Positions 21,541-31,839 are shown, numbered from the stretch's first letter. The stretch is DNA of 64,000 nucleotides from Chlamydiota bacterium (GCA_947494155.1 CANLTW010000004.1:18273-82272), one strand, 5' to 3'. Numbers and translations are program-made. Notes: generated by a model not told the origin, from the letters alone.

Positions 21541-22829
21541 AAAAGACTCGAATTCAAAACATCCGCGGAAATCTTATCACCTTGCAAGCTGTGGGCCCCG
21601 CCATGGGAGAGCTCGCTGAAGTAATAAGACGCGATACGAGCCGCTCGCTAGCCTCGGTTATCCGTATCGATTCAGATAAAGTTACTTTGCAGGTTTTCGA
21701 TTCCACTAGAGGCATTAGCGTCAATGACGAGGTAGTTTTTTTAAGGGACTATTTTCGCCTTGGAATCAGTGATGATTGTTTAGGATCGGTATTTAGCGGC
21801 AGCGGAAAGCTCAAGATGGGGGTTGATGCAGGTCATGAGCGTATTGAGGTGGGGCGTCCGAGTTTTAACCCGATGAAACGCCGAATGCCGAGCTTAATGA
21901 TCCGCACAAACTTGCCAATGATCGACATGTTCAACACCTTTGTGCGCGGTCAAAAAATCCCCCTTTTCTGTAGTCCCGGCTCAAAACCTGTGGAGGTTCT
22001 GTGCCGTATTGCGAATCAAACCGATGCCGATGTCGTAATTATTGGTGGAATGGGTTTGACGCAGACCCAGTACGAAAAATTTATCCAAAACGCCCGTACT
22101 AGCGGGTCATTAAATCGGACCCTTTTTTACGCACACTTAGCTACCGACCCGGTCAATGAGGCGGTGATGGTTCCCGATCTGGCTCTTGCAGCTGCTGAGT
22201 ATTTCGCTTTGAAAGGGAAAAATGTTTTGGTGCTTTTAACCGACATGGTTGCATTTGCCGACGCCCTGAAAGAGATCGCTATCTCCTTGGATTTCGTCCC
22301 TGCCAACCGCGGATACTCCTCCGACCTATACACTCAGCTTGCCATGCGCTACGAGAAGGCGGTGGAAATCGAGGGGAATGGAGCGCTGACTATTCTCGCT
22401 TCGACAACCCTACCGGCTAATGACGTTACCCACCCCATTCCGGACCTTACCGGTTACATCACTGAGGGGCAATTCTATCTTAACATCGATTGTATCGAGC
22501 CTTTTGGATCTCTATCACGTCTTAAGCAGCTTGTGATTGGAAAAACTACACGCACCGATCATGGGCACCTAGCTAATGCAATGATTCGTCTTTATGCAGA
22601 CGCTTTGAAAGCCAAAGAGCGTGATCGGATGGGGTTCAAACTTTCAAGTTGGGACAATAAACTTCTAAAGTATCAACAGCAATTTCGGGCGAAATTTATG
22701 AGCCTAGAGGTGAATATACCACTCGAAGAGGCATTGGATCAGGGGTGGAAAATGCTTTCCGACTGCTTTGAAAAAGAGGAAGTGGGAATTAAAAAAGAAG
22801 TCGTGGATATCCATTGGGCTTGCGTCTGA
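21531..22829 (+). CDS. atpB: V/A-type ATP synthase subunit B
   Basis: GQKIPLF, VLLTDM, THPIPDLTGYITEGQ, SLSRLK. Confidence 0.95.
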   Translation: MQVKKTRIQNIRGNLITLQAVGPAMGELAEVIRRDTSRSLASVIRIDSDKVTLQVFDSTRGISVNDEVVFLRDYFRLGISDDCLGSVFSGSGKLKMGVDAGHERIEVGRPSFNPMKRRMPSLMIRTNLPMIDMFNTFVRGQKIPLFCSPGSKPVEVLCRIANQTDADVVIIGGMGLTQTQYEKFIQNARTSGSLNRTLFYAHLATDPVNEAVMVPDLALAAAEYFALKGKNVLVLLTDMVAFADALKEIAISLDFVPANRGYSSDLYTQLAMRYEKAVEIEGNGALTILASTTLPANDVTHPIPDLTGYITEGQFYLNIDCIEPFGSLSRLKQLVIGKTTRTDHGHLANAMIRLYADALKAKERDRMGFKLSSWDNKLLKYQQQFRAKFMSLEVNIPLEEALDQGWKMLSDCFEKEEVGIKKEVVDIHWACV

Positions 22830-22838
22830 GGTAGAATT

Positions 22839-23447
22839 TTGTCTGAAATCCGTTTATCCAAAATAGAACTTAAAAACCAGCAAAACAGCCTTGAGCAGTT
22901 TAAAAGGTATCTTCCTGTTTTAGAGCTAAAAAAAATTCTTTTGCAATCTGTTTTATCCCATCTGGATGTGGAGCTGTTCCAATCCGAATCCAAAAAAATG
23001 GAACAGCAAAGACGATTGATGTCTGTAAGCGCACTTTTTGCGAAACCCGGAATGAAAGAGTTTACCGATTCGATGCGCGTTATTACCATTCAACGGAGTG
23101 AGGAGAACATCGCCGGTATAGAACTCCCCGTATTCATGGGTGTAGAATTCGCCCCTGTAGAGAGTCTTGTAGGATCGGTCCCTTTGAATGCGTTTAGTTT
23201 GCGGGGAATTTTTGAGGAGGTGATGGAGGTAATCTGCCGGCACCAGGTTCTTTTGGAACGTCGAAAAATTTTGGAAAAAGAATTGAGAGATGTGACGGTC
23301 AAAGTCAATTTATTTGACAAGATCCTGATTCCTCGAGCTGAAGCGAACATTAAAAAAATTAAAATTGCTTTAGATGATCAACAACTTGCTCAGATCGCTA
23401 ATGCAAAAAAAGCTAAAGAGCTGATTTTGAAAAAGGGGGCGAGATGA
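22839..23447 (+). CDS. atpD: V/A-type ATP synthase subunit D
   Basis: YLPVLELKK, ENIAGIELP, KVNLFDKILIP. Confidence 0.93.
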   Translation: MSEIRLSKIELKNQQNSLEQFKRYLPVLELKKILLQSVLSHLDVELFQSESKKMEQQRRLMSVSALFAKPGMKEFTDSMRVITIQRSEENIAGIELPVFMGVEFAPVESLVGSVPLNAFSLRGIFEEVMEVICRHQVLLERRKILEKELRDVTVKVNLFDKILIPRAEANIKKIKIALDDQQLAQIANAKKAKELILKKGAR

Positions 23448-25360
23448 TCATACCCTGTGAAAAAGTTCTCTTCATCGGTACTACGGAGGATTTGGTTCAG
23501 TTTTTAGAAAACGCTCAAAAGATTGGACAGCTGCAATTCCAATCGATTGAGGGGAAAAAAATGCGCACGATCTCCAACGCTGCGGAAGATGTCCTCCATG
23601 CCTTAAGGATTCTTCGTCGCCAAGTTCCGGTCGATCAACTCAAAAATGACGTAGTCCCACGCTACGAACTGGTCGAAAAAATCATCTATTTGCAAGACAG
23701 GTGCGATCGTATAGTTGAGGCTCAAAAGATTCTACAGCATGAGATCCAGAGAATTAAACCTTTTGGAAATATCGACCTTGAAACAGTGAACGCAATAAGC
23801 GAAAAATCGCTACACAAAGTCCAATTTTTTTTCAAAAAAGGGAAAAAGGAGTTGCCTGAGGAGCTTTTTAAGAGACTTGTGTATATTGACACCGACGGCA
23901 CTACCGACTATTTCATGCATATAGGGCCCGATCCTTTGAAAGCGGACGGTCTTACGGAGACGGTGATGGAGTACTCGCTCAATTCTTTGAAGGAGCGCTA
24001 CCAAAATCTGCAGAAAGAAGAGGTCAGGATTCAAACCGAGCTCAAAGAGATGGCTCATTACAAGGAGATTTTAGAAGAGTACCTTGAAGAGCTTCTCGAC
24101 CACGACGATCTCCGCTATACACGTTCTCAGGCCGAAAATATTTTAGGCTCCACCCTTTTTGCTATTGAGGCCTGGACACCGGCCGGAAAAGAGGATTGGA
24201 AAGAGGCCCTTAAAGGGGTCAATGTTCATATGGAGCATGTCCGTATTCGCCCCGATGAGACGGTCCCTACTTTCATGGAGAATGCCGGCTATCGTAAAGT
24301 GGGTGAGGATCTTGTCAAAGTCTACGACGTCCCCTCGATCGAGGATAAAGATCCCTCTTTATGGGTGCTGATCTTTTTTACCCTTTTTTTTGCTATGATT
24401 GTAGCAGACGCAGGTTATGGTTTACTGTTTTTGATCGCGTCGTTGATTGCTAATACTGTGTTTCGTAAAGCCGAAGGGTTGACGAAAAGATTACTCAAAT
24501 TAGCGCTGATTCTATCCTCAGCCTGTGTAGTTTGGGGAGTTTTGACCGCATCCTATTTCGGTATGCAGCTGAGCCCCGAGAACCCCCTTTCTAAAAGCTC
24601 TTTAATTTATCATGTCTCCAAGAAAAAGATCCTCTACCAGATAGAAAAAAAGGGATCTGTCTACAATGACTGGATCAAAGAGTATCCGCAACTTGCACAG
24701 GAGACCTCGCCAGAAGCCTTTTTACAAAGGGGTGCAAAAATCAAAGATGGCAAAGTACAATACGAGTTAGCCGAGGATCTTTTTTTAGCAAATCTTTTGG
24801 AATTTTCCCTATTGATAGGAACTTTGCATATCATTTTATCTCTTTTTCGAGGCTCAAGAAAAAATCTTGGTAGTCTCGGATGGGTTCTCTTTGCAGTAGG
24901 GGCTTTTTTATATTTCCCCACCTACATGGGGGTACCAACATTGTTGAATGAACTGGGGATAATCTCAGAGGAAAATGCTGCAATTTATGGTCTGCAATTC
25001 ATAGCTATTGGAATCGCTTTTGCGACCATGGTAGCCCTATTTAAAAGGAGACTATCGGGTATTTTTGAGCTTACTCACGCTGTACAGATTTTTGCCGATG
25101 TGATTTCTTACGTGCGTTTGTATGCGCTTGGACTTACAGGGGTCATCTTGGCAAGCACCTCCAATAAATTTGCTGAGGATCTAGGTTATGCTGTGGGCCT
25201 TTTTATTCTATTATTTGGCCACGGCTTGAATATCATGGTCGCTCTGATGAGCGGAACAATCCATGGTTTACGTTTGAATTTTTTAGAGTGGTATCGCCAC
25301 TGTTTTGAGGGGGGAGGGAAACTCTTTACCCCGTTATTAAAAAGGAGAATTACTTTATGA
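23444..25360 (+). CDS. atpI: V/A-type ATP synthase subunit I (a)
   Basis: FFAMIVADAGYG, DVISYVRLYALG, HGLRLNFLEW. Confidence 0.95.
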   Translation: MIIPCEKVLFIGTTEDLVQFLENAQKIGQLQFQSIEGKKMRTISNAAEDVLHALRILRRQVPVDQLKNDVVPRYELVEKIIYLQDRCDRIVEAQKILQHEIQRIKPFGNIDLETVNAISEKSLHKVQFFFKKGKKELPEELFKRLVYIDTDGTTDYFMHIGPDPLKADGLTETVMEYSLNSLKERYQNLQKEEVRIQTELKEMAHYKEILEEYLEELLDHDDLRYTRSQAENILGSTLFAIEAWTPAGKEDWKEALKGVNVHMEHVRIRPDETVPTFMENAGYRKVGEDLVKVYDVPSIEDKDPSLWVLIFFTLFFAMIVADAGYGLLFLIASLIANTVFRKAEGLTKRLLKLALILSSACVVWGVLTASYFGMQLSPENPLSKSSLIYHVSKKKILYQIEKKGSVYNDWIKEYPQLAQETSPEAFLQRGAKIKDGKVQYELAEDLFLANLLEFSLLIGTLHIILSLFRGSRKNLGSLGWVLFAVGAFLYFPTYMGVPTLLNELGIISEENAAIYGLQFIAIGIAFATMVALFKRRLSGIFELTHAVQIFADVISYVRLYALGLTGVILASTSNKFAEDLGYAVGLFILLFGHGLNIMVALMSGTIHGLRLNFLEWYRHCFEGGGKLFTPLLKRRITL

Positions 25361-25791
25361 CACCAACTTTATATGCTATGGCGGGACCCGCTCTGGTTTT
25401 AGGAATCTCCCTTTTTGGCAGCTCGCTTGGATGCGCCATAGGCTTTTCAGCGGCACAAGGGGTAATGGCTCGCACAGATGAGGGGCACGCAAAATACATC
25501 TCCCTTGCGGTCCTTCCCTCCTCTCAAGGGTTATTTGGTTCGATTTTGATGGTTTTAATGCGCGCAGCTATTGTTGCAGGTACATTGTCTCCGCTTTCAG
25601 CGATCTTTATCGGCCTGTCTACAGGACTTGCCCTTTTGGGTTCTTCTGTGTTCCAGGGAAAAGTTGTCGCTGCGGCCATCCAATCGATTGCAAAACAACC
25701 CGGTCTTTTCGGCAAATCTTTTGTCGGAATCGTTGTGATTGAATCCTTCTCCCTTTTTGCGTTTGCCTTTTCATTGATGCTTTTAAAGTAG
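25357..25791 (+). CDS. atpK: V/A-type ATP synthase subunit K (c), 4-TM proteolipid
   Basis: Highly hydrophobic; LPSSQG, FQG and VIES (ion-binding Glu). Confidence 0.93.
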   Translation: MTPTLYAMAGPALVLGISLFGSSLGCAIGFSAAQGVMARTDEGHAKYISLAVLPSSQGLFGSILMVLMRAAIVAGTLSPLSAIFIGLSTGLALLGSSVFQGKVVAAAIQSIAKQPGLFGKSFVGIVVIESFSLFAFAFSLMLLK

Positions 25792-25826
25792 CCTCTCTTT
25801 TTAAAAGAGCATAAAGGATAAATATG

Positions 25827-25858
25827 AAGACTCGCATGCAAAGCGAGTCTTTTATTTT
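25827..25858 (+). terminator. Terminator after the ATPase operon
   Basis: aagactcgc-atgcaaa-gcgagtctt followed by a T-rich tail. Confidence 0.75.
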
Positions 25859-26107
25859 CCTATTATTTCCAACTAAAATCTATACAAATCTTTAAAAATA
25901 GGCAAAAAAAACCTTTATTTTTAAAAACCAAAATTTTATTATCCCTTAAAAACCTTCTTCTAAAGAAAAACTTTAATGAGATTAGGTAGCCTTTATTTGT
26001 TTGTGGGGACTTTTGCATACCTTGCCTTTTTTCCCTCGCAAGAAAACTTTTTAGGCGGTAAATAAAGTTATTTCCAAAGGTTTTTAATAAAAAAAATAGG
26101 TATTGGA

Positions 26108-26650
26108 ATGTCTACAGAATTAACAACGCATACTAACTGGGGTGGGCCACTCATCAATTTGAATGGGCAAGACACCTTCTTCATTCACAGAGATCTTTCA
26201 TCCACTATTTGTCTTATTGAAAAAGAGACAGAAAAAGGGAGATGGGTTTTAGAGACGGATCCGGCTGAGGAACAAATACCCCACCTGAAAGTCTATGCAG
26301 CAAAATTTTTTAGCAAAAAACTTCCGATGCCTGTTGAAGAGGCTGTCAAAGAACTCAATTTAGATGAAAGAACCGAGAGGGTTTTTTTAGATTGGACTAG
26401 AGAGAATGAGTGGATAGAGATTGTCCCTTTTAAATACCCCGCCTTGAGAATCATGCGTAATGTAACGGGCCTTTGCCTTTTGTTGATTGTGGGGATTTCA
26501 GATCGTCTTCTCCAGACGATTTTTTCTGAGGAGAGCCTACAAAATAGCAGGACATTCTCTTTTTTATTTGGTGGAGCCTATATTTTTGCTGACTATCTCT
26601 TAAAAAAAAGAGAGACTTTAAGCAGGTCAATCTGTCTAATTCGTCCTTAA
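26108..26650 (+). CDS. Hypothetical protein with two C-terminal hydrophobic segments
   Basis: 180-aa ORF after an AT-rich intergenic region; hydrophobic VTGLCLLLIVGI and FSFLFGGAYIF. Confidence 0.65.
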   Translation: MSTELTTHTNWGGPLINLNGQDTFFIHRDLSSTICLIEKETEKGRWVLETDPAEEQIPHLKVYAAKFFSKKLPMPVEEAVKELNLDERTERVFLDWTRENEWIEIVPFKYPALRIMRNVTGLCLLLIVGISDRLLQTIFSEESLQNSRTFSFLFGGAYIFADYLLKKRETLSRSICLIRP

Positions 26651-26713
26651 AAAAGGGATAACGGGTCCATTTTTTTGTAATAGACCCGTTTTTGTAAAAG
26701 CGATAAAAGTTTT

Positions 26714-27784
26714 TTAGCCGTTAAAAACACCCTCCATGATGTTTAATCTATCATTGGAGACTAAGCGGAAAGTAAAGGGTCGGTCAAAGCGAATTGTGTG
26801 CGAGGGTAAAGGTTTAACGCTTGTAGTGCGGAAAAGACCAGCCGTTACAAAAGCGGCCTTAACGCCCCCCTCTTCTAAGACAAAGAAGGTTTTTTGCACT
26901 ACGCTCGCAAGTTTACCTGCCTCTGTCTCCTTATTTAAGGGGATCCCCGTTTCCAAAAGTTTTTCAAGAAGCTCTTGGGTGTTGGAAAGGGAAAATTTAG
27001 GAAGTGTGATGTCGACATAGCAGGTTTTCCCTCTATGGCTCCCCTCGTAAAAAGCATCTTGTTCTAAAAGCTTTTCTATCGGGATACCCCCTTTTGGGAT
27101 GGAGAGTTGCAAGCGATAGGAGGAGCCTTCCAGCTCAAGCTCAATGAACTGCAAAAATCCATTTTCATAGTAGCGGACTCTTTTCATCCCCCACATCATA
27201 TCGATCTCTTTTTTTTCCTTTGTTGAGGTCTGGAATACCTTTTTTTTAGTGTGGCTAGGATCAAAAGGGTCATCGAATTTCCCGATAAACGAACCCGCAT
27301 TGACTGCTACAAGCCCCTCTTTAGGGAGGTCTCTTCTCTGTTCAAAGATTTTGGGTATCATCCCATCGGTCTTTTCCTTCACAAAATCATTCAGCCTCTC
27401 GACGATGTAAGGATCATCTAGATTTAGACCTAAACAGTGTAACAGCTCTAAATGCTCGTTTAGTAAACTAAGGTCGATAGTCGATGCACAGCAGTTTCCT
27501 AGTTTAAGCTGAGGATGGTTCTCAAACATGGATAAAAGATAACGTGTAACACTCTCTTTATTTTTTGTTCCAAAGACCTCTTGAAGAATGATCTCTTGTT
27601 CTTCGGGCCTAAAAAGGGGATAGATGATTCCTACGAACTGATCTATACTTAAGGGGGCAATTAAAGAGCTTTTTTGCTCATGTTGGTAAAGCTTTTTTAA
27701 TATGGAGGTCTCTTTTGAGGCGACGGGAAGAACAGTTAGAATGTTTTCGTCCTCAATCTGCATTTGTGGATTGTCCACGATCAT
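26714..27784 (-). CDS. Serpin-family protein
   Basis: NDFVKEKTDGMI, VNAGSFIGKF..PFDPSHT, LPKFSL, hinge EEGGVKAA, FDRPFTF. Confidence 0.88.
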   Translation of the reverse strand: MIVDNPQMQIEDENILTVLPVASKETSILKKLYQHEQKSSLIAPLSIDQFVGIIYPLFRPEEQEIILQEVFGTKNKESVTRYLLSMFENHPQLKLGNCCASTIDLSLLNEHLELLHCLGLNLDDPYIVERLNDFVKEKTDGMIPKIFEQRRDLPKEGLVAVNAGSFIGKFDDPFDPSHTKKKVFQTSTKEKKEIDMMWGMKRVRYYENGFLQFIELELEGSSYRLQLSIPKGGIPIEKLLEQDAFYEGSHRGKTCYVDITLPKFSLSNTQELLEKLLETGIPLNKETEAGKLASVVQKTFFVLEEGGVKAAFVTAGLFRTTSVKPLPSHTIRFDRPFTFRLVSNDRLNIMEGVFNG

Positions 27785-27892
27785 AGTATCTCCTTTCGCT
27801 CAAAGAGCATGAAGTTTTTAGATTCTATGATAGTTAACGTTTATAATAAAAAAAAGTAATTTATCTTAAGCTAGGTGAGGTAAAGGCAAAAT

Positions 27893-28549
27893 TTATTCCT
27901 TAATCAATTCATCGATATCGTCATACCGCACATGCTGAATATCGCTGTAGCCACCGCGCTGAAAGACTAGGTTTTTTGTGTAAAAAGCGAGGTCATTTTG
28001 TAAAAGGGTATCCCAGGCAATATCAATGATGGTCTCATCTGGGGCATTTTTTGCAAAAGGGATGGAAAGAAGCTTTTGGTAGCAACTTTCAAAACAGGCT
28101 AAAAGTTTTGGGATGTAATGGGAATTTACCAAGTAGGCATGAGCCCGTCTAGAGCTTTTAACGCGTGATATTCCTGCAAAAGAGGAGGGTTCACTTTTTT
28201 TTATCTGCCCGCCAAGAAAAAAAATGTCGTACGTTTTGATTCTGTCGTAAAAGTACCCCAGGTGGGTCTCAATTTCATCATTATTGGCAAGAAAAAAGGC
28301 ATCATCTTCTAAAATTAGAACCTCTTTGAGACCCCTTTCTTGGGCAAGTTTTAGAGCTTTAATATGGCTTAAAGCACAGCCTCTATGCCCGTTAAGCACA
28401 TCATGCTCTCCCTCGATTCTCTCGATTTTTTCCTCTTTTACGCCCAGCTTTTTAAGCTGAGAAAGAATCAAAGCATTCCGATCGGCTCGATGACTTAGGT
28501 TGATGTAGAAGATTTTTTCTAACCTGTTGAGTCCTTTGCAAGTGCTCAT
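27893..28549 (-). CDS. Glycosyltransferase family 25 (paralog 1)
   Basis: FYINLSHRADR, GCALSH, VLILEDDA, AHAYLV, Q.GGYSDI. Confidence 0.85.
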   Translation of the reverse strand: MSTCKGLNRLEKIFYINLSHRADRNALILSQLKKLGVKEEKIERIEGEHDVLNGHRGCALSHIKALKLAQERGLKEVLILEDDAFFLANNDEIETHLGYFYDRIKTYDIFFLGGQIKKSEPSSFAGISRVKSSRRAHAYLVNSHYIPKLLACFESCYQKLLSIPFAKNAPDETIIDIAWDTLLQNDLAFYTKNLVFQRGGYSDIQHVRYDDIDELIKE

Positions 28550-28569
28550 TGTTCTGCTATCTCCTGTTT

Positions 28570-29214
28570 TTAAGACAAATATGTGGTATAGTCATCATGG
28601 GTGAAGTGCTGAATATCACTGTATCCACCCCTCTGGTAGGCGAAAATTTTGGTAAATAGCACAAGATGCGTTTCGAAAAGATGATCCCATGCTCTGTCTA
28701 TAGCCAAATCGTGGACCTGATTGAATGTAGGGATTGTTTGTAATCTCAAATAGGCCTTCTCAAAGACCTCTAAAATTGTAGGAATAAAGTGGTCTTTCAC
28801 AGCATAGGCGTGTGCTAATCTGGCCTTTCTTGCCCGAAAGATCCCCTCAATTTGACTTTTTTGATATTGCTCCACTCTGGCCCCTAGAAGAAGCATATCG
28901 TAGGTTTGTGCATGTTGAAAGAGTAGATGCAGGTGGCTTTCAATCTCGTTATTGTCGCAGGAAAAGAAGGCATCATCTTCCAGAATAAGAACCTCCTTAA
29001 GTCCCAGTTTTTTTGCAAGCTTAAGGGCATCGATATGGCTCAGAGCACAACCTCTATGACCATTTAAAACATCTAAATTTCCTTCAATCCGTACGATTTT
29101 ATTAGGATCAACGCCTAATTTGTCTAATTCTTGCAAAAGCAAACTTTTGCGATCGGTACGGTGGTCTAAGTTTATATAAAATATTTTTTCAAACCGATTT
29201 AAGCCCTTAGACAT
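28570..29214 (-). CDS. Glycosyltransferase family 25 (paralog 2)
   Basis: FYINLDHRTDR, GCALSH, VLILEDDA, AHAYAV, Q.GGYSDI; clearly paralogous to its neighbour. Confidence 0.85.
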   Translation of the reverse strand: MSKGLNRFEKIFYINLDHRTDRKSLLLQELDKLGVDPNKIVRIEGNLDVLNGHRGCALSHIDALKLAKKLGLKEVLILEDDAFFSCDNNEIESHLHLLFQHAQTYDMLLLGARVEQYQKSQIEGIFRARKARLAHAYAVKDHFIPTILEVFEKAYLRLQTIPTFNQVHDLAIDRAWDHLFETHLVLFTKIFAYQRGGYSDIQHFTHDDYTTYLS

Positions 29215-29359
29215 GGTTGCTTCGCATTCTTCATTCGAGCTGAAATTATATTTTCCCTTTTATTTAGTCAATAAAGCGCCAAAAAGTAGGCCCATTTGAT
29301 AATTGCTTGCATCCAACACAGATGTCTCCTAATATGAAAAAAATTTTTGAGTTTTTCAG

Positions 29360-30766
29360 ATGGAATATCGTATTGAAAAAGATAGCTTGGGAGAGGTGAA
29401 AGTCCCCAAAGATCGTTTATATGGGGCTCAAACACAGCGCTCATTGGAAAATTTCAATGTGGGTACAAGCCACTTTCCGCTCGAGGTGATCAGCCAGCTA
29501 ATTTTAATCAAGAAAGCAGCAGCAATAGTGAACCACAAGCTAGGGGTTTTAGACCAAACAAAGCATGAACTTATTGTTGATGCTGCCGATGCGCTTTTAA
29601 GGGGGGGGTTTGAAAAAGAGTTTCCTCTACATCTGTATCAGACAGGATCGGGTACTCAGAGTAATATGAATGTGAATGAGGTGATTAGTAACCTTGCGAT
29701 TAGAAAGCTTGGGGGAGTTTTAGGTTCCAAAGATCCGATCCACCCAAATGATCATGTAAACAAAAGCCAGTCCTCTAATGATACGATCCCGACAGCAATC
29801 CACATGGCTGTGGTTCATGAATGTAAAGTACGCCTTCTACCCAGCCTAAGGCTTTTTAGAGATGCTTTGGAGGAAAAAGCAAAAAGTTTTCATGATGTGA
29901 TTAAGGTCGGAAGAACCCATTTGATGGACGCTACCCCTTTAAGCCTGGGAGATGAATTCAAAGGCTACTGTGTCCAAATCGATCTAGGGATCCGTTCTGT
30001 AGAGGAGGCGTTGAAAGAGGTTGAGGCCCTTGCTATAGGCGGGACCGCTGTGGGTACAGGGATCAATACCCCAAAAGGGTTTCAAAAGCTGATGATTGAG
30101 GAGCTAAGCCGCCTTTGTGGGCACCATTTTAAATCTAGTGAGTCATTATTTGAAGCGCTCTCGTGTGAAGATAGCCTTGTTCAAATTGGTGGAGCTTTGA
30201 ACCGACTAGCCTGCGCCGCGTTGAAGATCGGAAATGATATTCGACTCTATGCTTCAGGGCCAAGAGCGGGGATAGGGGAGCTCATTTTGCCTGCGAATGA
30301 GCCGGGGTCTTCGATCATGCCGGGGAAGGTTAATCCTACCCAATGTGAATCGATTACAATGATCGCCGCAAGGGTGATGGGGAATTACACAACTATCACT
30401 ATAGCAGCTTCACAAGGCCATTTTCAGCTGAATGTCTATCGTCCCGTGATCGCGCATGCCCTTTTGCAGTCGATAAGACTTTTAGCTGATGGAGTCAAGA
30501 ATTTTACCGAGAAATGCCTTAAAGGGATTCGGGTGAATCACAAAAAAATAGATACCCATTTGGAACAGTCGTTGATGTTGGTGACCGCACTTGTCCCTAA
30601 AATCGGCTATGATAACGCAGCTAAAATCGCTTTGTACGCGCATGAGCATAATCTGAGTTTAAAAATGGCTGCAGTCAAGCTGCATATTATGACAGAACAG
30701 GAGTATGACCAGTCGTTGAACATAAAAAAAATGGCATTTCCCCATGGAGATCACGCCAACGCTTAA
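29360..30766 (+). CDS. fumC: Fumarate hydratase class II
   Basis: QTGSGTQSNMN, HPNDHVNKSQSSND, GSSIMPGKVNP. Confidence 0.97.
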   Translation: MEYRIEKDSLGEVKVPKDRLYGAQTQRSLENFNVGTSHFPLEVISQLILIKKAAAIVNHKLGVLDQTKHELIVDAADALLRGGFEKEFPLHLYQTGSGTQSNMNVNEVISNLAIRKLGGVLGSKDPIHPNDHVNKSQSSNDTIPTAIHMAVVHECKVRLLPSLRLFRDALEEKAKSFHDVIKVGRTHLMDATPLSLGDEFKGYCVQIDLGIRSVEEALKEVEALAIGGTAVGTGINTPKGFQKLMIEELSRLCGHHFKSSESLFEALSCEDSLVQIGGALNRLACAALKIGNDIRLYASGPRAGIGELILPANEPGSSIMPGKVNPTQCESITMIAARVMGNYTTITIAASQGHFQLNVYRPVIAHALLQSIRLLADGVKNFTEKCLKGIRVNHKKIDTHLEQSLMLVTALVPKIGYDNAAKIALYAHEHNLSLKMAAVKLHIMTEQEYDQSLNIKKMAFPHGDHANA

Positions 30767-30881
30767 GTCAAATAGTAAAATAAATGTTATAGCTCTAGCC
30801 TGTTAAAAGGGGGGTAAACGAAAAAAGAGCTAGCATTTAGGCGTTTTATGAGGGGGCTAGCGCCCCCTTTGGAAAATTAAC

Positions 30882-31823
30882 CTATTGGGTTTTTTGTTGT
30901 TTGATTTTTTCAAAAACTTCAATCAGAGCCGCATGAATCTCTTTTAATTCAGGAAACTTGCCTTGAAGCTTTGTCACATCAAGCTCATTATTGGAACGCT
31001 TGGCTTTAAGGATCTGGTTTTGCTCCTCTATAGAGAAGTTTTCCCAGGTGAAATCGGGATCGACGTACTCTTTATAAAGCGACAGGATCTCGTTGTGGGA
31101 AATAACGCCGGGATTGGTGAAATTGTAATTTCCCGTCTCGTTTTGTCGAGCAAGTTCTATTGCCAGCGGAATCATCTCATCGAGGACAGTCATACTGTTG
31201 GCCACATTGATCACCTTGGAGTATTTAGTGATTTTTGTGATAAAATTTCTCGGGGATAGATCGCTGGAGATAGGCATTCTTAAACGGAGGTTGAGGACAT
31301 TGGGGTAATAGGTAAGAAGTTTATCTAGCACCACCTTTGTTGAAGAGTAAAAAGAGCCAAAGAAATTAGGAGCATCCTCCTCAGTAAATCCAATCGATGA
31401 GCCAAGCGGGTGTGTCTCGTCGTATTCATAAATACAGCCGGTACCAAAATTGGTCATATGAAGACCCTTCAGATAAGCGATATCGGCTAGGTTCAAAGCC
31501 CCGATGATGTTGGATCGTAGGGTTTGCTCTTTATTTGATTCGCACCAGTCGACATTCGGCACCCCAGTAACACCAGCAGCGTTGATGATATGGGTCGGCT
31601 GAGTCTTTTCGATTTCATTCAAGATCTCCTCCCGATTTTCCAAACGGGATTCGGCAGGGATGCAGACAAAGCCCCCCTTTTGAAGCTCTTCAAGGATCAT
31701 ATTACCGATCCAACCGGTTTTGCCCCCAAAAACAAGAAAGCGTGTCTCCTCTTTTGACATGGGTGAGAGCGTCGCCGATAAAAATCGGCAACAAACCAAA
31801 AAAGATAAAGCAAAGTATTTCAT
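30882..31823 (-). CDS. Plant NRS/ER (UER1)-type NDP-4-keto-6-deoxyglucose 3,5-epimerase/4-reductase with signal-peptide-like N-terminus
   Basis: GKTGWIG, NAAGVTGVPNVDWCE, TGCIYEYD, GSFYSSTK, LRLRMPISSDL..RNFITKI, NFTNPGVISHNEIL and RSNNELD closely match plant NRS/ER. Confidence 0.88.
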   Translation of the reverse strand: MKYFALSFLVCCRFLSATLSPMSKEETRFLVFGGKTGWIGNMILEELQKGGFVCIPAESRLENREEILNEIEKTQPTHIINAAGVTGVPNVDWCESNKEQTLRSNIIGALNLADIAYLKGLHMTNFGTGCIYEYDETHPLGSSIGFTEEDAPNFFGSFYSSTKVVLDKLLTYYPNVLNLRLRMPISSDLSPRNFITKITKYSKVINVANSMTVLDEMIPLAIELARQNETGNYNFTNPGVISHNEILSLYKEYVDPDFTWENFSIEEQNQILKAKRSNNELDVTKLQGKFPELKEIHAALIEVFEKIKQQKTQ

Positions 31824-31839
31824 AGTGAAAACTCCAGAT

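Noticed and set aside
18324..25791. Missing F and G subunits in the V-ATPase operon
   Set aside because: The E-C-A-B-D-I-K layout is the known chlamydial arrangement
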